From: a virus
Strand: one strand, 5' to 3'
Length of the DNA stretch: 64,000 bases
IMG/VR virus record: IMGVR_UViG_3300022939_000016
Location: 1-64,000 of that record
The position numbers and the translations under genes were made by a program. Position 1 is the first letter of the stretch. Each line of letters starts with the position of its first letter. Shown in pieces: positions 1 to 8,869 of the stretch. The notes beneath the pieces are model-generated. The model searched no databases. It was not told where the DNA came from and was given only the letters and a program-made list of their open reading frames with translations.

Positions 1-3000
1 AGTGGCAGCTTTCTCAAGACAGCGGAGCAACGTGGAGTGATATTGCTAGCGAAACGTCACCTAGCCTTACTTTCACTGGCTTGACGACTTCAGATGATGG
101 CAATAGCTATCGAGTGGTGGTTACGGCTGTGACTCCGGTCGAGACTGTAACCTTGAACAGCGATGCTGCAACCTTGAGCATACTACAGCCAAACTTGGAG
201 ATCTCAACCCATCCACAACACGTATCTGCATCTCAAGGAGATGCTAGTTTTAGCGTTGTTGCTAGCGAAAGTGCTTATAGCACTACGCTCGATTACCAGT
301 GGCAGCTTTCTCAAGACAGCGGAGCAACGTGGAGTGATATTGCTAGCGAAACGTCACCTAGCCTTACTTTCACTGGCTTGACGACTTCAGATGATGGCAA
401 TAGCTATCGAGTGGTGGTTACGGCAGTGACTCCGGTAGGGACTGTAACTGAGTATAGCGATGTGGCGACGTTGAGCGTTCCGGTTGAACTGGAAATCACC
501 TTGCAGCCCCAGAACACCACTGCATCTGGCGATGAGGCATCGTTTGCCGTGGCTGCGGCGATCAACGATGGGTCGGCGCTGACGTATCAGTGGGAAGAAG
601 AAAGGCTGCCTGTGGCTGGGGAGGTGTGGAAGCAGCGGACGCTGCCACAGTCAACAGGGTGGACAAGCGTCACCTACGGCAACGGCACGTTCGTCGCGGT
701 GGCATACGGCAACTACATCGCCGCGACCAGTACCGACGGAATAACATGGACGCAGCATCCGACGCTCCCGGCTTTTGGATCTTGGAGCAGCGTCACCTAC
801 GGCGATGGGACGTTCGTCGCGGTGTTAATGAACACAAACATCGCCGCCACCAGCACAGACGGAGGACAAACGTGGACGCAGCGGACGCTGCCAGTGACAG
901 TATTTTGGGAGAGCGTCACCTACGGCAATGGCACGTTCGTCGCTGTGGCCGGCAACACTGCCGCGACCAGCACAGACGGAGGACAAACGTGGACGCAGCG
1001 GACGCTTCCGGCGGCGGGGTACAGCAGCGTCACCTACGGCGATGGGACGTTCGTCGCGGTGGCATTGAACACAAACATCGCCGCCACCAGCACCGACGGC
1101 ATTACGTGGACTCAGCGGACGATGCCAGCGACAGCATATTGGCGCAGCGTCACCTACGGTAATGGTACGTTCGTTGCTGTGGGAGTCAGCCCCAGCAACT
1201 TCAACGTACAAATCGCCGCGACCAGTGCCGACGGCATTACTTGGACTCAGCGGACGATGCCAGCGACAACAGCATATTGGCGCAGCGTCACCTACGGCAA
1301 TGGTACGTTCGTCGCTGTGGCTGGCGGCACCAATATCGCCGCTACTAGCCCCGACGGGATTACTTGGACGCAGCGGACGCTGCCAGCGACAGAATCGTGG
1401 TACAGCGTCACCTACGGCAATGGTACGTTCGTTGCTGTGGTAGAGGCCAGCAACATCGCCGCGACCAGTGACTCGACCCTTCAGTTCGTCCCCATCTCCG
1501 GCGAGACTTCCTCGACGCTCAATCTCACCGACCTTACCACCGCCGATGATGGTGGGCGATATAGGGTTGTCGTGGACTCGCCGTCGGTGGAGCCGGTGAT
1601 AAGCGATGCTGCAACTTTGAGTGTACCACAACCAAACTTGGCTATCTCAACCCAGCCGCAAAACCAAACTTCCGATGTGAACGCCCAAGCCAGCTTTAGC
1701 GTTGTGGCTAGCGAAAGTGTTTACAGCACTACACCTACGTACCAGTGGCAGCTTTCTCAAGACAGCGGAGCAACGTGGAGTGATATCGCCAACGAAACGT
1801 CATCTACCCTTACTCTCGCTGGCTTGACGACTTCAGATGAGGGCAATAACTATCGAGTGGTTATTACGGCTGCGACTCCGGTAGAGACTGTAACCTTGAA
1901 CAGCGATGCTGCAACCCTGAGTATACTACCAAGCAATTTATACTTTCAGATTAATCCCACAGACTCTACATCTGATTCATCTGGTAATGTTACTTTCAGC
2001 GCTTTAGCAATAGAAGATGTTTATAACTCACCACCCACATACCAGTGGCAAAAATCTACAGACAGTGGACAGAATTGGTCTGATATTCAAAATGAAAATA
2101 GCGAAACGTTAACTTTATCAGTTTCAAGTTCAGATAATCTTAATCAATACAGAGTGATAGCCACCACGGTAACGCCTGTAGAAACCGTTTCATTAACTAG
2201 TAGTCATGCTATTTTAGAAGTTCCAGCTGGTGGAATAATTTTTGACACACAGCCAGCAAATACAATTTCTGATATAAACAGGACGGCTTCATTTACTGTT
2301 TTAGCTCATGAAGAAGATTATGGACAAACAGTTAATTATGAATGGCAAGAATCTAGCGATGGTGTTTCGTGGATCACTTTATCTGAAACTTCGACAACCC
2401 TTAATTTAACAAATTTAACTTTAGCAAAGAATAATTATCAATATCGCGTTGTAGCAACATCTGATACTGGAGTAATCGGTGAAGTGACTAGAAATAGCAA
2501 TGTTGCAACCTTGAGCATACTACAACCAAACTTGGTTATTTCAACTCAGCCCGTTGATACCACCTCTGATGTTAATGCTGAAGCCAGCTTTAGTGTTGTG
2601 GCTAGCGAAAGTGTTTATAGCACTACGCCAGATTATCAGTGGCAGCTTTCTCAAGACAGCGGAGCAACGTGGAGTGATATTGCTAGCGAAACGTCACCCA
2701 CCCTTGCTCTCACGGGTTTAACGACTTCAGATGATGGTAATAGCTATCGAGTGGTGGTTACGGCAGTGACTCCGGTAGGGACTGTCACTGTGAATAGCAA
2801 TGCTGCAACCTTGAGCATACTACAACCAAACTTGGTTATTTCAACTCATCCACAACACGTATCTGCATCTCAAGGAGATGCTAGTTTTAGCGTTGTTGCT
2901 AGCGAAAGTGTTTATGGTACTACGCCAGATTATCAGTGGCAGCTTTCTCAAGACAGCGGAGCAACGTGGAGTGATATCGCCAACGAAACGTCAGCTACCC

Positions 3001-3415
3001 TTGCTCTCACGGGTTTAACGATTTTAGATGATGGTAATAGCTATCGAGTGGTGGTTACGGCAGTGACTCCGGTAGGGACTGTCACTGTGAATAGCAATGT
3101 TGCAACCTTGAGCATACTACAACCAAACTTGGTTATTTCAACTCACCCACAACACGTATCTGCATCTCAAGGAGATGCTAGTTTTAGTGTTGTTGCTAGC
3201 GAAAGTGCTTATAGCACTACGCTCGATTACCAGTGGCAGCTTTCTCAAGACAGCGGAGCAACGTGGAGTGATATCGCCAACGAAACGTCATCTACCCTTG
3301 CTCTCACGGGCTTAAGGACTTCAGATGATGGTAATAGCTATCGAGTGGTTATTACGGCGGTGACTCCGGTAGGGACTGTAACTGAGTATAGCGATGTGGC
3401 GACGTTGGCGGTTCC
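1..3415 (+). repeat. Intragenic ~291-300 bp tandem repeats encoding Ig-like domains
   Basis: The block cagtggcagctttctcaagacagcggagcaacgtggagtgatat recurs at about 1, 297, 1743, 2637, 2934 and 3231. The units at about 1930-2520 are divergent and AT-rich. Confidence 0.9.
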
Positions 3416-4595
3416 GGCGACGTGGATTCAGGTCGGCGCAGACATCGACGGCGAAGCGGCTGGTGATTTCAGCGGTGCGTCAGTGGCAATGAGCAGCGAT
3501 GGCAGTCGGGTTGCGATTGGGGCGTATTACAATAGCGGCGCAGCCACCGAAGCTGGTCATGTTCGCGTTTACGATCTAGTCGGTTCAACGTGGACACAGG
3601 TTGGCGCAGACATTGACGGTGAAGCGGCTGGGGATTGGAGCGGATTTTCAGTGGCGATGAGCAGTGATGGCAGTCGGGTTGCGATTGGTGCGCGCTGGAA
3701 TGACGGCTTAGGCGCAGGCACCAACACTGGTCACGTCCGCGTGTATGATCTGGTTGGTTCAACATGGGCGCAGGTCGGTGCGGACATTGATGGCGAAGCC
3801 GTTGGAGATCAAAGTGGCTGGTCTATCGCGATGAGCAGCGACGGCAGCAGGGTTGCGATTGGTTCTTATCGTAACGACGATGCAGGAACCGACGCTGGTC
3901 ACGTTCGCGTCTACGACCTAATTGGCTCAACATGGACGCAGGTTGGAGCGGACATCGACGGCGAAGCGGCTTACGACGAGAGCGGCTACTCGGTCGCGAT
4001 GAGCAGCGATGGCAGCAGGGTTGCGATTGGGGCGATAGGCTTCAGCGACACAGGCGGAAACGCTGGTCACGTCCGCGTTTACGATCTGGTCGGCTCCACT
4101 TGGATGCAGGTCGGCTCCGACATCGCCGGCGAAGCGGATAGAGATTACAGCGGTGTGTCAGTGGCAATGAGCAGCGATGGCAGCAGGATTGCGATTGGGG
4201 CGGATGGAAACGGCGGCGCAGGCACCGACGCTGGTCACGTCCGCGTTTACGATCTGGTCGGCTCCACTTGGACGCAGGTTGGCGCGGATATTGACGGTGA
4301 AGCTATGAATGATCACAGCGGATTTTCAGTGGCGATGAGCAGTGATGGCAGTCGGGTTGCGATTGGGGCGTATGGAAACGACGATGCAGGCTTGACCGCT
4401 GGTCACGTTCGCGTCTACGACCTAATTGGCTCAACATGGACGCAGGTTGGAGCGGACATCGACGGTGAGGCGGCTGGTGACGCAAGCGGGCGATCAGTCG
4501 CAATGAGCAGCGATGGCAGCAGGATTGCGATTGGAGCGTATGTAAACGACGACGCAGGCACAAGTGCTGGTCACGTCCGCGTTTTTGATGTTTGA
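1..4595 (+). CDS. Giant virion adhesin/fibre protein (5' truncated): tandem Ig-like domains, 7-repeat Asp-box beta-propeller and C-terminal 7-repeat FG-GAP-like propeller
   Basis: Frame is open from base 3 (WQLSQDSGATW...) to TGA 4595. It has about nine Ig-like units (QP...ASFSV.A...YQWQ...DG..YRVVV), seven SVTYGNGTFVAV...STDG.TW repeats and seven QVGADIDGE...SG.SVAMSSDGSRVAIGA...AGHVRVYD repeats. Confidence 0.85.
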   Translation, partial: WQLSQDSGATWSDIASETSPSLTFTGLTTSDDGNSYRVVVTAVTPVETVTLNSDAATLSILQPNLEISTHPQHVSASQGDASFSVVASESAYSTTLDYQWQLSQDSGATWSDIASETSPSLTFTGLTTSDDGNSYRVVVTAVTPVGTVTEYSDVATLSVPVELEITLQPQNTTASGDEASFAVAAAINDGSALTYQWEEERLPVAGEVWKQRTLPQSTGWTSVTYGNGTFVAVAYGNYIAATSTDGITWTQHPTLPAFGSWSSVTYGDGTFVAVLMNTNIAATSTDGGQTWTQRTLPVTVFWESVTYGNGTFVAVAGNTAATSTDGGQTWTQRTLPAAGYSSVTYGDGTFVAVALNTNIAATSTDGITWTQRTMPATAYWRSVTYGNGTFVAVGVSPSNFNVQIAATSADGITWTQRTMPATTAYWRSVTYGNGTFVAVAGGTNIAATSPDGITWTQRTLPATESWYSVTYGNGTFVAVVEASNIAATSDSTLQFVPISGETSSTLNLTDLTTADDGGRYRVVVDSPSVEPVISDAATLSVPQPNLAISTQPQNQTSDVNAQASFSVVASESVYSTTPTYQWQLSQDSGATWSDIANETSSTLTLAGLTTSDEGNNYRVVITAATPVETVTLNSDAATLSILPSNLYFQINPTDSTSDSSGNVTFSALAIEDVYNSPPTYQWQKSTDSGQNWSDIQNENSETLTLSVSSSDNLNQYRVIATTVTPVETVSLTSSHAILEVPAGGIIFDTQPANTISDINRTASFTVLAHEEDYGQTVNYEWQESSDGVSWITLSETSTTLNLTNLTLAKNNYQYRVVATSDTGVIGEVTRNSNVATLSILQPNLVISTQPVDTTSDVNAEASFSVVASESVYSTTPDYQWQLSQDSGATWSDIASETSPTLALTGLTTSDDGNSYRVVVTAVTPVGTVTVNSNAATLSILQPNLVISTHPQHVSASQGDASFSVVASESVYGTTPDYQWQLSQDSGATWSDIANETSATLALTGLTILDDGNSYRVVVTAVTPVGTVTVNSNVATLSILQPNLVISTHPQHVSASQGDASFSVVASESAYSTTLDYQWQLSQDSGATWSDIANETSSTLALTGLRTSDDGNSYRVVITAVTPVGTVTEYSDVATLAVPATWIQVGADIDGEAAGDFSGASVAMSSDGSRVAIGAYYNSGAATEAGHVRVYDLVGSTWTQVGADIDGEAAGDWSGFSVAMSSDGSRVAIGARWNDGLGAGTNTGHVRVYDLVGSTWAQVGADIDGEAVGDQSGWSIAMSSDGSRVAIGSYRNDDAGTDAGHVRVYDLIGSTWTQVGADIDGEAAYDESGYSVAMSSDGSRVAIGAIGFSDTGGNAGHVRVYDLVGSTWMQVGSDIAGEADRDYSGVSVAMSSDGSRIAIGADGNGGAGTDAGHVRVYDLVGSTWTQVGADIDGEAMNDHSGFSVAMSSDGSRVAIGAYGNDDAGLTAGHVRVYDLIGSTWTQVGADIDGEAAGDASGRSVAMSSDGSRIAIGAYVNDDAGTSAGHVRVFDV
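625..1470 (+). repeat. Seven ~120-bp GC-rich repeats encoding an Asp-box/BNR-type propeller
   Basis: agcgtcacctacgg...acgttcgt...gc occurs seven times, in frame. Confidence 0.85.
3420..4592 (+). repeat. Seven ~168-bp GC-rich repeats encoding an FG-GAP-like propeller
   Basis: atgagcagcgatggcag...ttgcgattgg and ggtcacgt.cgcgt occur seven times, in frame. Confidence 0.85.
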
Positions 4596-4620
4596 TGTTA
4601 ACTCATACTTTTATAATAAT

Positions 4621-5103
4621 ATGCCTATAAACGTACCACAATCTGTTTTCGATAAATACTTCGACGTTATCGACTCCACTTTTGATATATTTGGAGTTAC
4701 ATGTCAACTTGTGTCTATAGAGAAGCGCGAGGTCATCGTCAATAATCCAAACAACAACATCCCCAACCGCAACACTATTAATAATCGTAATCGTGGTGGT
4801 GGTGAATATGATGTTGGCACAAAGACAATTCGTGAAATAGAAACACTGACAGATATTAAACTTAAAGTCTATTGGGATACCAAGAATTTTATTGGCGTTA
4901 CCGATCAACTTAAAATTCCTGATGGTTCCATACAAACAATAGGTTTTATGTCCGATCTCCCCCAGATACTACAAGCGAAACAATTGTTAGTTCATAAGGG
5001 GATTAAAGATATTAAAGAACTTAGGTTTGAACGTATGGGCGAACATATACCTATGGGCCTCAAACAAGATAGATACTTTGGTTGTTTTTGGAAAAGAGTA
5101 TGA
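4621..5103 (+). CDS. Putative head-closure/neck protein
   Basis: About 160 aa; first of three genes before the tail tube; beta-rich. Start placed at ATG 4621. Assignment is mostly from synteny. Confidence 0.5.
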   Translation: MPINVPQSVFDKYFDVIDSTFDIFGVTCQLVSIEKREVIVNNPNNNIPNRNTINNRNRGGGEYDVGTKTIREIETLTDIKLKVYWDTKNFIGVTDQLKIPDGSIQTIGFMSDLPQILQAKQLLVHKGIKDIKELRFERMGEHIPMGLKQDRYFGCFWKRV

Positions 5104-5726
5104 TAAGCCTTAAATTAATAACACCCATCAGTGAAATAAAGGACAAAATTCATGAATCTTTGTCTATTCAGATGAATAAAATTCTACAATCAAACCAATC
5201 CTTTATAACCAAAGAGCTTCAAGGTTCTATTAATGGCTGGATACTAGAACAGCCAGAAATAATTTCTTTATTAAGCTCAAACCCAAATTCTTTAGCTGGC
5301 CAGTTTGGAATACCTTCAGGAATGGTTAATGCGGCGGTTGAGTCCATTATATATTCTATCAAAAATAGCATACGAGTTCATTTTCAGCCTTTTGACAAAA
5401 AGCTTAAGGGTAGTTTTAATATTAATGTTCAGCCCGATGACTTTAAAGACATTCTTTCTTTAGGAACCGGTCATGTTAACTACAAAGACGGTGATTTACA
5501 TTGGCTAGATTGGCTCATCACTTTGGGATCCTCCATCATTGTCGCAAACTATCACTACCAGCCGTCTGGCGGCAGAGGTCGGTCGGGCCTTGGTTTTATG
5601 TCTGTTGGTAAATCTTTTAGAGTGTCTCCATCTTTTTCTGGAACCATAGACGACAACTTTATAACTAGAGCGTTACGAGGCAGAGAGAGCTATATATCTT
5701 CTATATTACAAAAGGTTTTTTCTTAA
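5100..5726 (+). CDS. Putative neck/tail-completion protein
   Basis: ATGA overlap with the previous gene; C-terminal GT..DNFITRAL is like phage neck protein ends; synteny. Confidence 0.5.
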   Translation: MISLKLITPISEIKDKIHESLSIQMNKILQSNQSFITKELQGSINGWILEQPEIISLLSSNPNSLAGQFGIPSGMVNAAVESIIYSIKNSIRVHFQPFDKKLKGSFNINVQPDDFKDILSLGTGHVNYKDGDLHWLDWLITLGSSIIVANYHYQPSGGRGRSGLGFMSVGKSFRVSPSFSGTIDDNFITRALRGRESYISSILQKVFS

Positions 5727-6665
5727 ATGTCTCCTCTAAAACACATAAATACCGTTTTCGATTCTACAGACTACAATGAGTTCCAAGATAATGTTGTAGA
5801 GTGGTTGGACTGGTCTCTTTTGGAAAAAGGTAATTATTTTAATGTAACGCTCAATGAGCTATCCCCTAATAATACAGATTACAGCTTGTTACAGCTTTCT
5901 AATAATAGCAATTTTTCCATAGGTCGAGCTTGGGATGGATTTCGCCCCAACTGGATTTGGCAAAGCGGAGTAGTTCCTCCAACGGGTTTCGCAGACCCAA
6001 TCGTTGGTGACAATGATTTGATCCCCGGAATTAGCGGTGTTTATGTTGATGATATTTTTTATCCTTCAGACACAACTGGGGATTATGCGCACCACGTAGA
6101 TTACTACAACGGCAGAGTTGTATTTGACACTCCTATCCCCACAGGCTCTAAAGTTCAGGCTGAATATAGCTATAAATATATCAATGTAATTTATGCTAAT
6201 TCCCTACCTTGGATCAGAGAGGTTAGCTATAATAGTCTTGTAAATGGTCCAGATGGTATTTTACCGCCAGAAATGGTCATAAACTTGCCTTGCATAGCCG
6301 TAGAGGTTGCAAGCAAAAAATCAATACCATTCTCTTTAGCCGGGGGCCAACAGGTTTTAACTGATTTAATTTTTCACTGCGTTTCAGAAGATGAGTACAC
6401 TAGGAATACCATGCTTGATATTTTAGTAAACCAAAGTGATACAATGTTGCCTATTTTTGACTCTAATTCAATTATTGCTAATAATGATGCTCCATTAGAC
6501 TACAAAGGCTCTCCAGTACCCAGCGCCCCAAGATATCCAGATCTAATATCCCAATACTCATCTTGCTCTGTTTTTCTGCGAGATATTCGCGTCGATATGG
6601 CTAAAACGTTAAATTCAAACATACACCTTGGGCTTGCTAAATGCTCAGTAGAAGTCTACAAATAG
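5727..6665 (+). CDS. Putative tail terminator protein
   Basis: LPCIAVE...LAGGQ...DLIFHC.SEDEYTRN.MLDIL pattern; an inserted beta domain (VDYYNGRVVF...V.AEYSY); lies immediately before the tube gene. Confidence 0.55.
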   Translation: MSPLKHINTVFDSTDYNEFQDNVVEWLDWSLLEKGNYFNVTLNELSPNNTDYSLLQLSNNSNFSIGRAWDGFRPNWIWQSGVVPPTGFADPIVGDNDLIPGISGVYVDDIFYPSDTTGDYAHHVDYYNGRVVFDTPIPTGSKVQAEYSYKYINVIYANSLPWIREVSYNSLVNGPDGILPPEMVINLPCIAVEVASKKSIPFSLAGGQQVLTDLIFHCVSEDEYTRNTMLDILVNQSDTMLPIFDSNSIIANNDAPLDYKGSPVPSAPRYPDLISQYSSCSVFLRDIRVDMAKTLNSNIHLGLAKCSVEVYK

Positions 6666-6700
6666 GTGTTTTTTTGTTTTTTTTCTTATTTAATCAAAAT

Positions 6701-6716
6701 GTGTATCTAATAATAG
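6701..6716 (+). promoter_or_regulatory. Putative phage late promoter GTGTAT-N7-TAG
   Basis: GTGTATCTAATAATAG in the intergenic gap before the tube gene; same pattern at 29393 and 39025. Confidence 0.6.
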
Positions 6717-6765
6717 ATAATTATCAACGAGGCGTACTTTAACGCCCAACAAAAGGGAGAATAAA

Positions 6766-7611
6766 ATGGCAAATATTTCTAGAATTAATTACGCCTTACA
6801 AAGCTTTAAAGTCGGAGGTTCCTTAATAGGCGGCGTACAAAGCGTTGGGGCAAGCTCTACAACAAACATCGAAACATTTAGTGCTTTTGGTAGCAATTCG
6901 GCTGTTCCAATTGTACAAGATATAGATCTTGAGATCACCGTAGAAGCCGCAATGGGCAGCTGGGCTTCTCCAGCAACAATTTGGGATTCGCCCGTGGATG
7001 TTGAAATCATTTACTCATCGGCTGGGGGTTTTAGCACTATAAAATTAAATGCCGTTGCCTCGTCTTATTCTTTACAGATGGGTGTAGATGGTCCAGCTAC
7101 TGAATCTGTAACATTCCAAAATACTGGCACTTCAACATTTACCAGCGGTAGCGCTTCTGCGTTACACAGTGGCGCTAACTGTTCTGTTATTACTCGTCCA
7201 GATTTTACAAGCTTTACAGCGACCAATAAAGGTGATTGCGATGGCGCTGGCGCTTCTGGCCCTGTCACTTATGGCAACGTTTTATCTGTTGGCATGAGCT
7301 GGGACGCTGGAGTAGAAAAGGTTAGCATATTAGGCCAAAGTTTACCAGCTGGAAAGTTTGCTACTTTCCCAATCGAGGTCACTACCGAAGTTGAAACTCA
7401 CGCTGCTGGCGCTCCCAGCCTTCCAAATAGTCAAGTAATTTCTAACAACAAGGCGGCTGGTTATCTTTATGACTTAGCAATAGGACTAGGTTCCAGAACT
7501 CGCGGCACTACTGGTGCTGTAATGGCGAGTAGTAGCATACAGGGAGGCGATGTGGGTGGCGGTAACGTCTCGCAAAGCACTAGCTGGACGAGTTACAGTT
7601 CGTGGTATTAA
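6766..7611 (+). CDS. Major tail tube protein
   Basis: Own promoter-like motif and strong RBS (AAGGGAGA); S/G/T/A-rich all-beta character (GVQSVG...SYSLQMGVDGPATESVTF...FATFPIEVTTEVE); lies upstream of chaperones and TMP. Confidence 0.7.
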   Translation: MANISRINYALQSFKVGGSLIGGVQSVGASSTTNIETFSAFGSNSAVPIVQDIDLEITVEAAMGSWASPATIWDSPVDVEIIYSSAGGFSTIKLNAVASSYSLQMGVDGPATESVTFQNTGTSTFTSGSASALHSGANCSVITRPDFTSFTATNKGDCDGAGASGPVTYGNVLSVGMSWDAGVEKVSILGQSLPAGKFATFPIEVTTEVETHAAGAPSLPNSQVISNNKAAGYLYDLAIGLGSRTRGTTGAVMASSSIQGGDVGGGNVSQSTSWTSYSSWY

Positions 7612-7626
7612 TGGTAGGATTTTTGC

Positions 7627-8541
7627 TTGAGGACAGACGAACAGGAAAAACTGATTAATTCAATTCGTTCTGGCACTGTTGTTTCTAAAAATATAACAAT
7701 AGTGCCAGCAACGTTTGATCAACTATCCTTAGCTAGCAATGTTTATTCTGAAAGTTTTTCAAATTGCTTAGATGAAGGTTTAATGACAGAGGAATCTTTG
7801 GAGAGATGGATGTTAGAAAATAATATTTTACCAATCGGTTTTTACGGCATTAAAAAATCGTTAATTGAAAAAATAGACTCTCTTAAAAAGGACTTGTTTT
7901 TTAATAGAAAGTCAAAATCTTCTATTAAACTTTTGAAGCAAGATTTACAAAATGCTAGATCTAGTTTGGCTGATTTGGTTAAACCTAAATCTGAATTCAT
8001 AACAAACACTTGCGAGTTTATTGCTCAGACTAAAAAAATAATATTTCTGCTCAAGAATACAACATACAAATCTGGCAAGCTCTATAGGCCGTCAAATTTT
8101 CAACATATTATAGATTTGTGGCAAAATTCTTTACTGTCTGAATCTTGCATTAGGTTTCTGTGCCGCACCGCTATCTGGAGTTCTGTCTGGAGTAACAGGG
8201 GTTTTGGCTTTGATTTATTTTGCGTTAGAAAAAATACGGACTTGACTATTAATCAAAGAAATATGTTAACTTGGTCTAGGGTATATGACAACATAAACGA
8301 GTCTTTAGATTGTCCACTTGATTTCGTAATTGAAGACGACGATATGTTAGACGGCTGGCTGTTAATCCAAAAAAGCAAAAGAGAAAAAGAGGCTAAAGAA
8401 CGAGATAAAGAAAATACAGGAGCGAGTCCTAAATTTAGTAAAAACCATCAACACTTATTTACTTACCAAAACGATGAAGATTTAAATGATGAATTTACAT
8501 CAAACACGTTTGAACATAATGTAGGAATCACAAATGAGTAA
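7627..8541 (+). CDS. Putative tail assembly chaperone
   Basis: Helical/coiled-coil protein between tube and TMP genes; TTG start. Confidence 0.45.
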   Translation: MRTDEQEKLINSIRSGTVVSKNITIVPATFDQLSLASNVYSESFSNCLDEGLMTEESLERWMLENNILPIGFYGIKKSLIEKIDSLKKDLFFNRKSKSSIKLLKQDLQNARSSLADLVKPKSEFITNTCEFIAQTKKIIFLLKNTTYKSGKLYRPSNFQHIIDLWQNSLLSESCIRFLCRTAIWSSVWSNRGFGFDLFCVRKNTDLTINQRNMLTWSRVYDNINESLDCPLDFVIEDDDMLDGWLLIQKSKREKEAKERDKENTGASPKFSKNHQHLFTYQNDEDLNDEFTSNTFEHNVGITNE

Positions 8542-8869
8542 CTATGAAAGAAAGCGAAATTCTTTGCAGGATATTAGATCCAAGAAAATACTTTCAGATA
8601 ACATAAAGAAAAAAATAAAGACCACAATGATTGGTTCCATAAGTAGCATAGAAAAACATTTTACTTTTTTATGGGAAGAAAACATACTAAACGAGGATCA
8701 GAAGCATACTGTTTTAGAAAAATTTGAAAGTTTAAGATCAGAAATATTAGACAAGGGAAATCATCAAATTAGAAATGTTGATATAGAATTACAAAATTAT
8801 TACGTTCAATACGTGGAACCAGAAGGAAACCACATTAACTTTTTTATAAATAGAGGAGATTCCAGATGA
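8534..8869 (+). CDS. Hypothetical protein (tail assembly region)
   Basis: 111 aa, overlaps both neighbours, RBS AGGA. Confidence 0.6.
   Translation: MSNYERKRNSLQDIRSKKILSDNIKKKIKTTMIGSISSIEKHFTFLWEENILNEDQKHTVLEKFESLRSEILDKGNHQIRNVDIELQNYYVQYVEPEGNHINFFINRGDSR

Noticed and set aside
590-4563. Alternative-frame and antisense ORFs in the adhesin (590-1162, 825-1631, 3469-3765 and others)
   Set aside because: Shadow ORFs of GC-rich repetitive coding DNA; no RBS and no sensible protein composition.
1-4592. Repeats as a CRISPR array
   Set aside because: Units are 120-300 bp, in frame and protein-coding, with no repeat-spacer structure. The Cas4-like gene at 56338 is a solo replication-region nuclease.
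3420-4592. Diversity-generating retroelement target
   Set aside because: No reverse transcriptase or template repeat in the window. Variable codons (tgg, gag, gca, cga, gtg) do not fit adenine-only mutagenesis of AAY codons.
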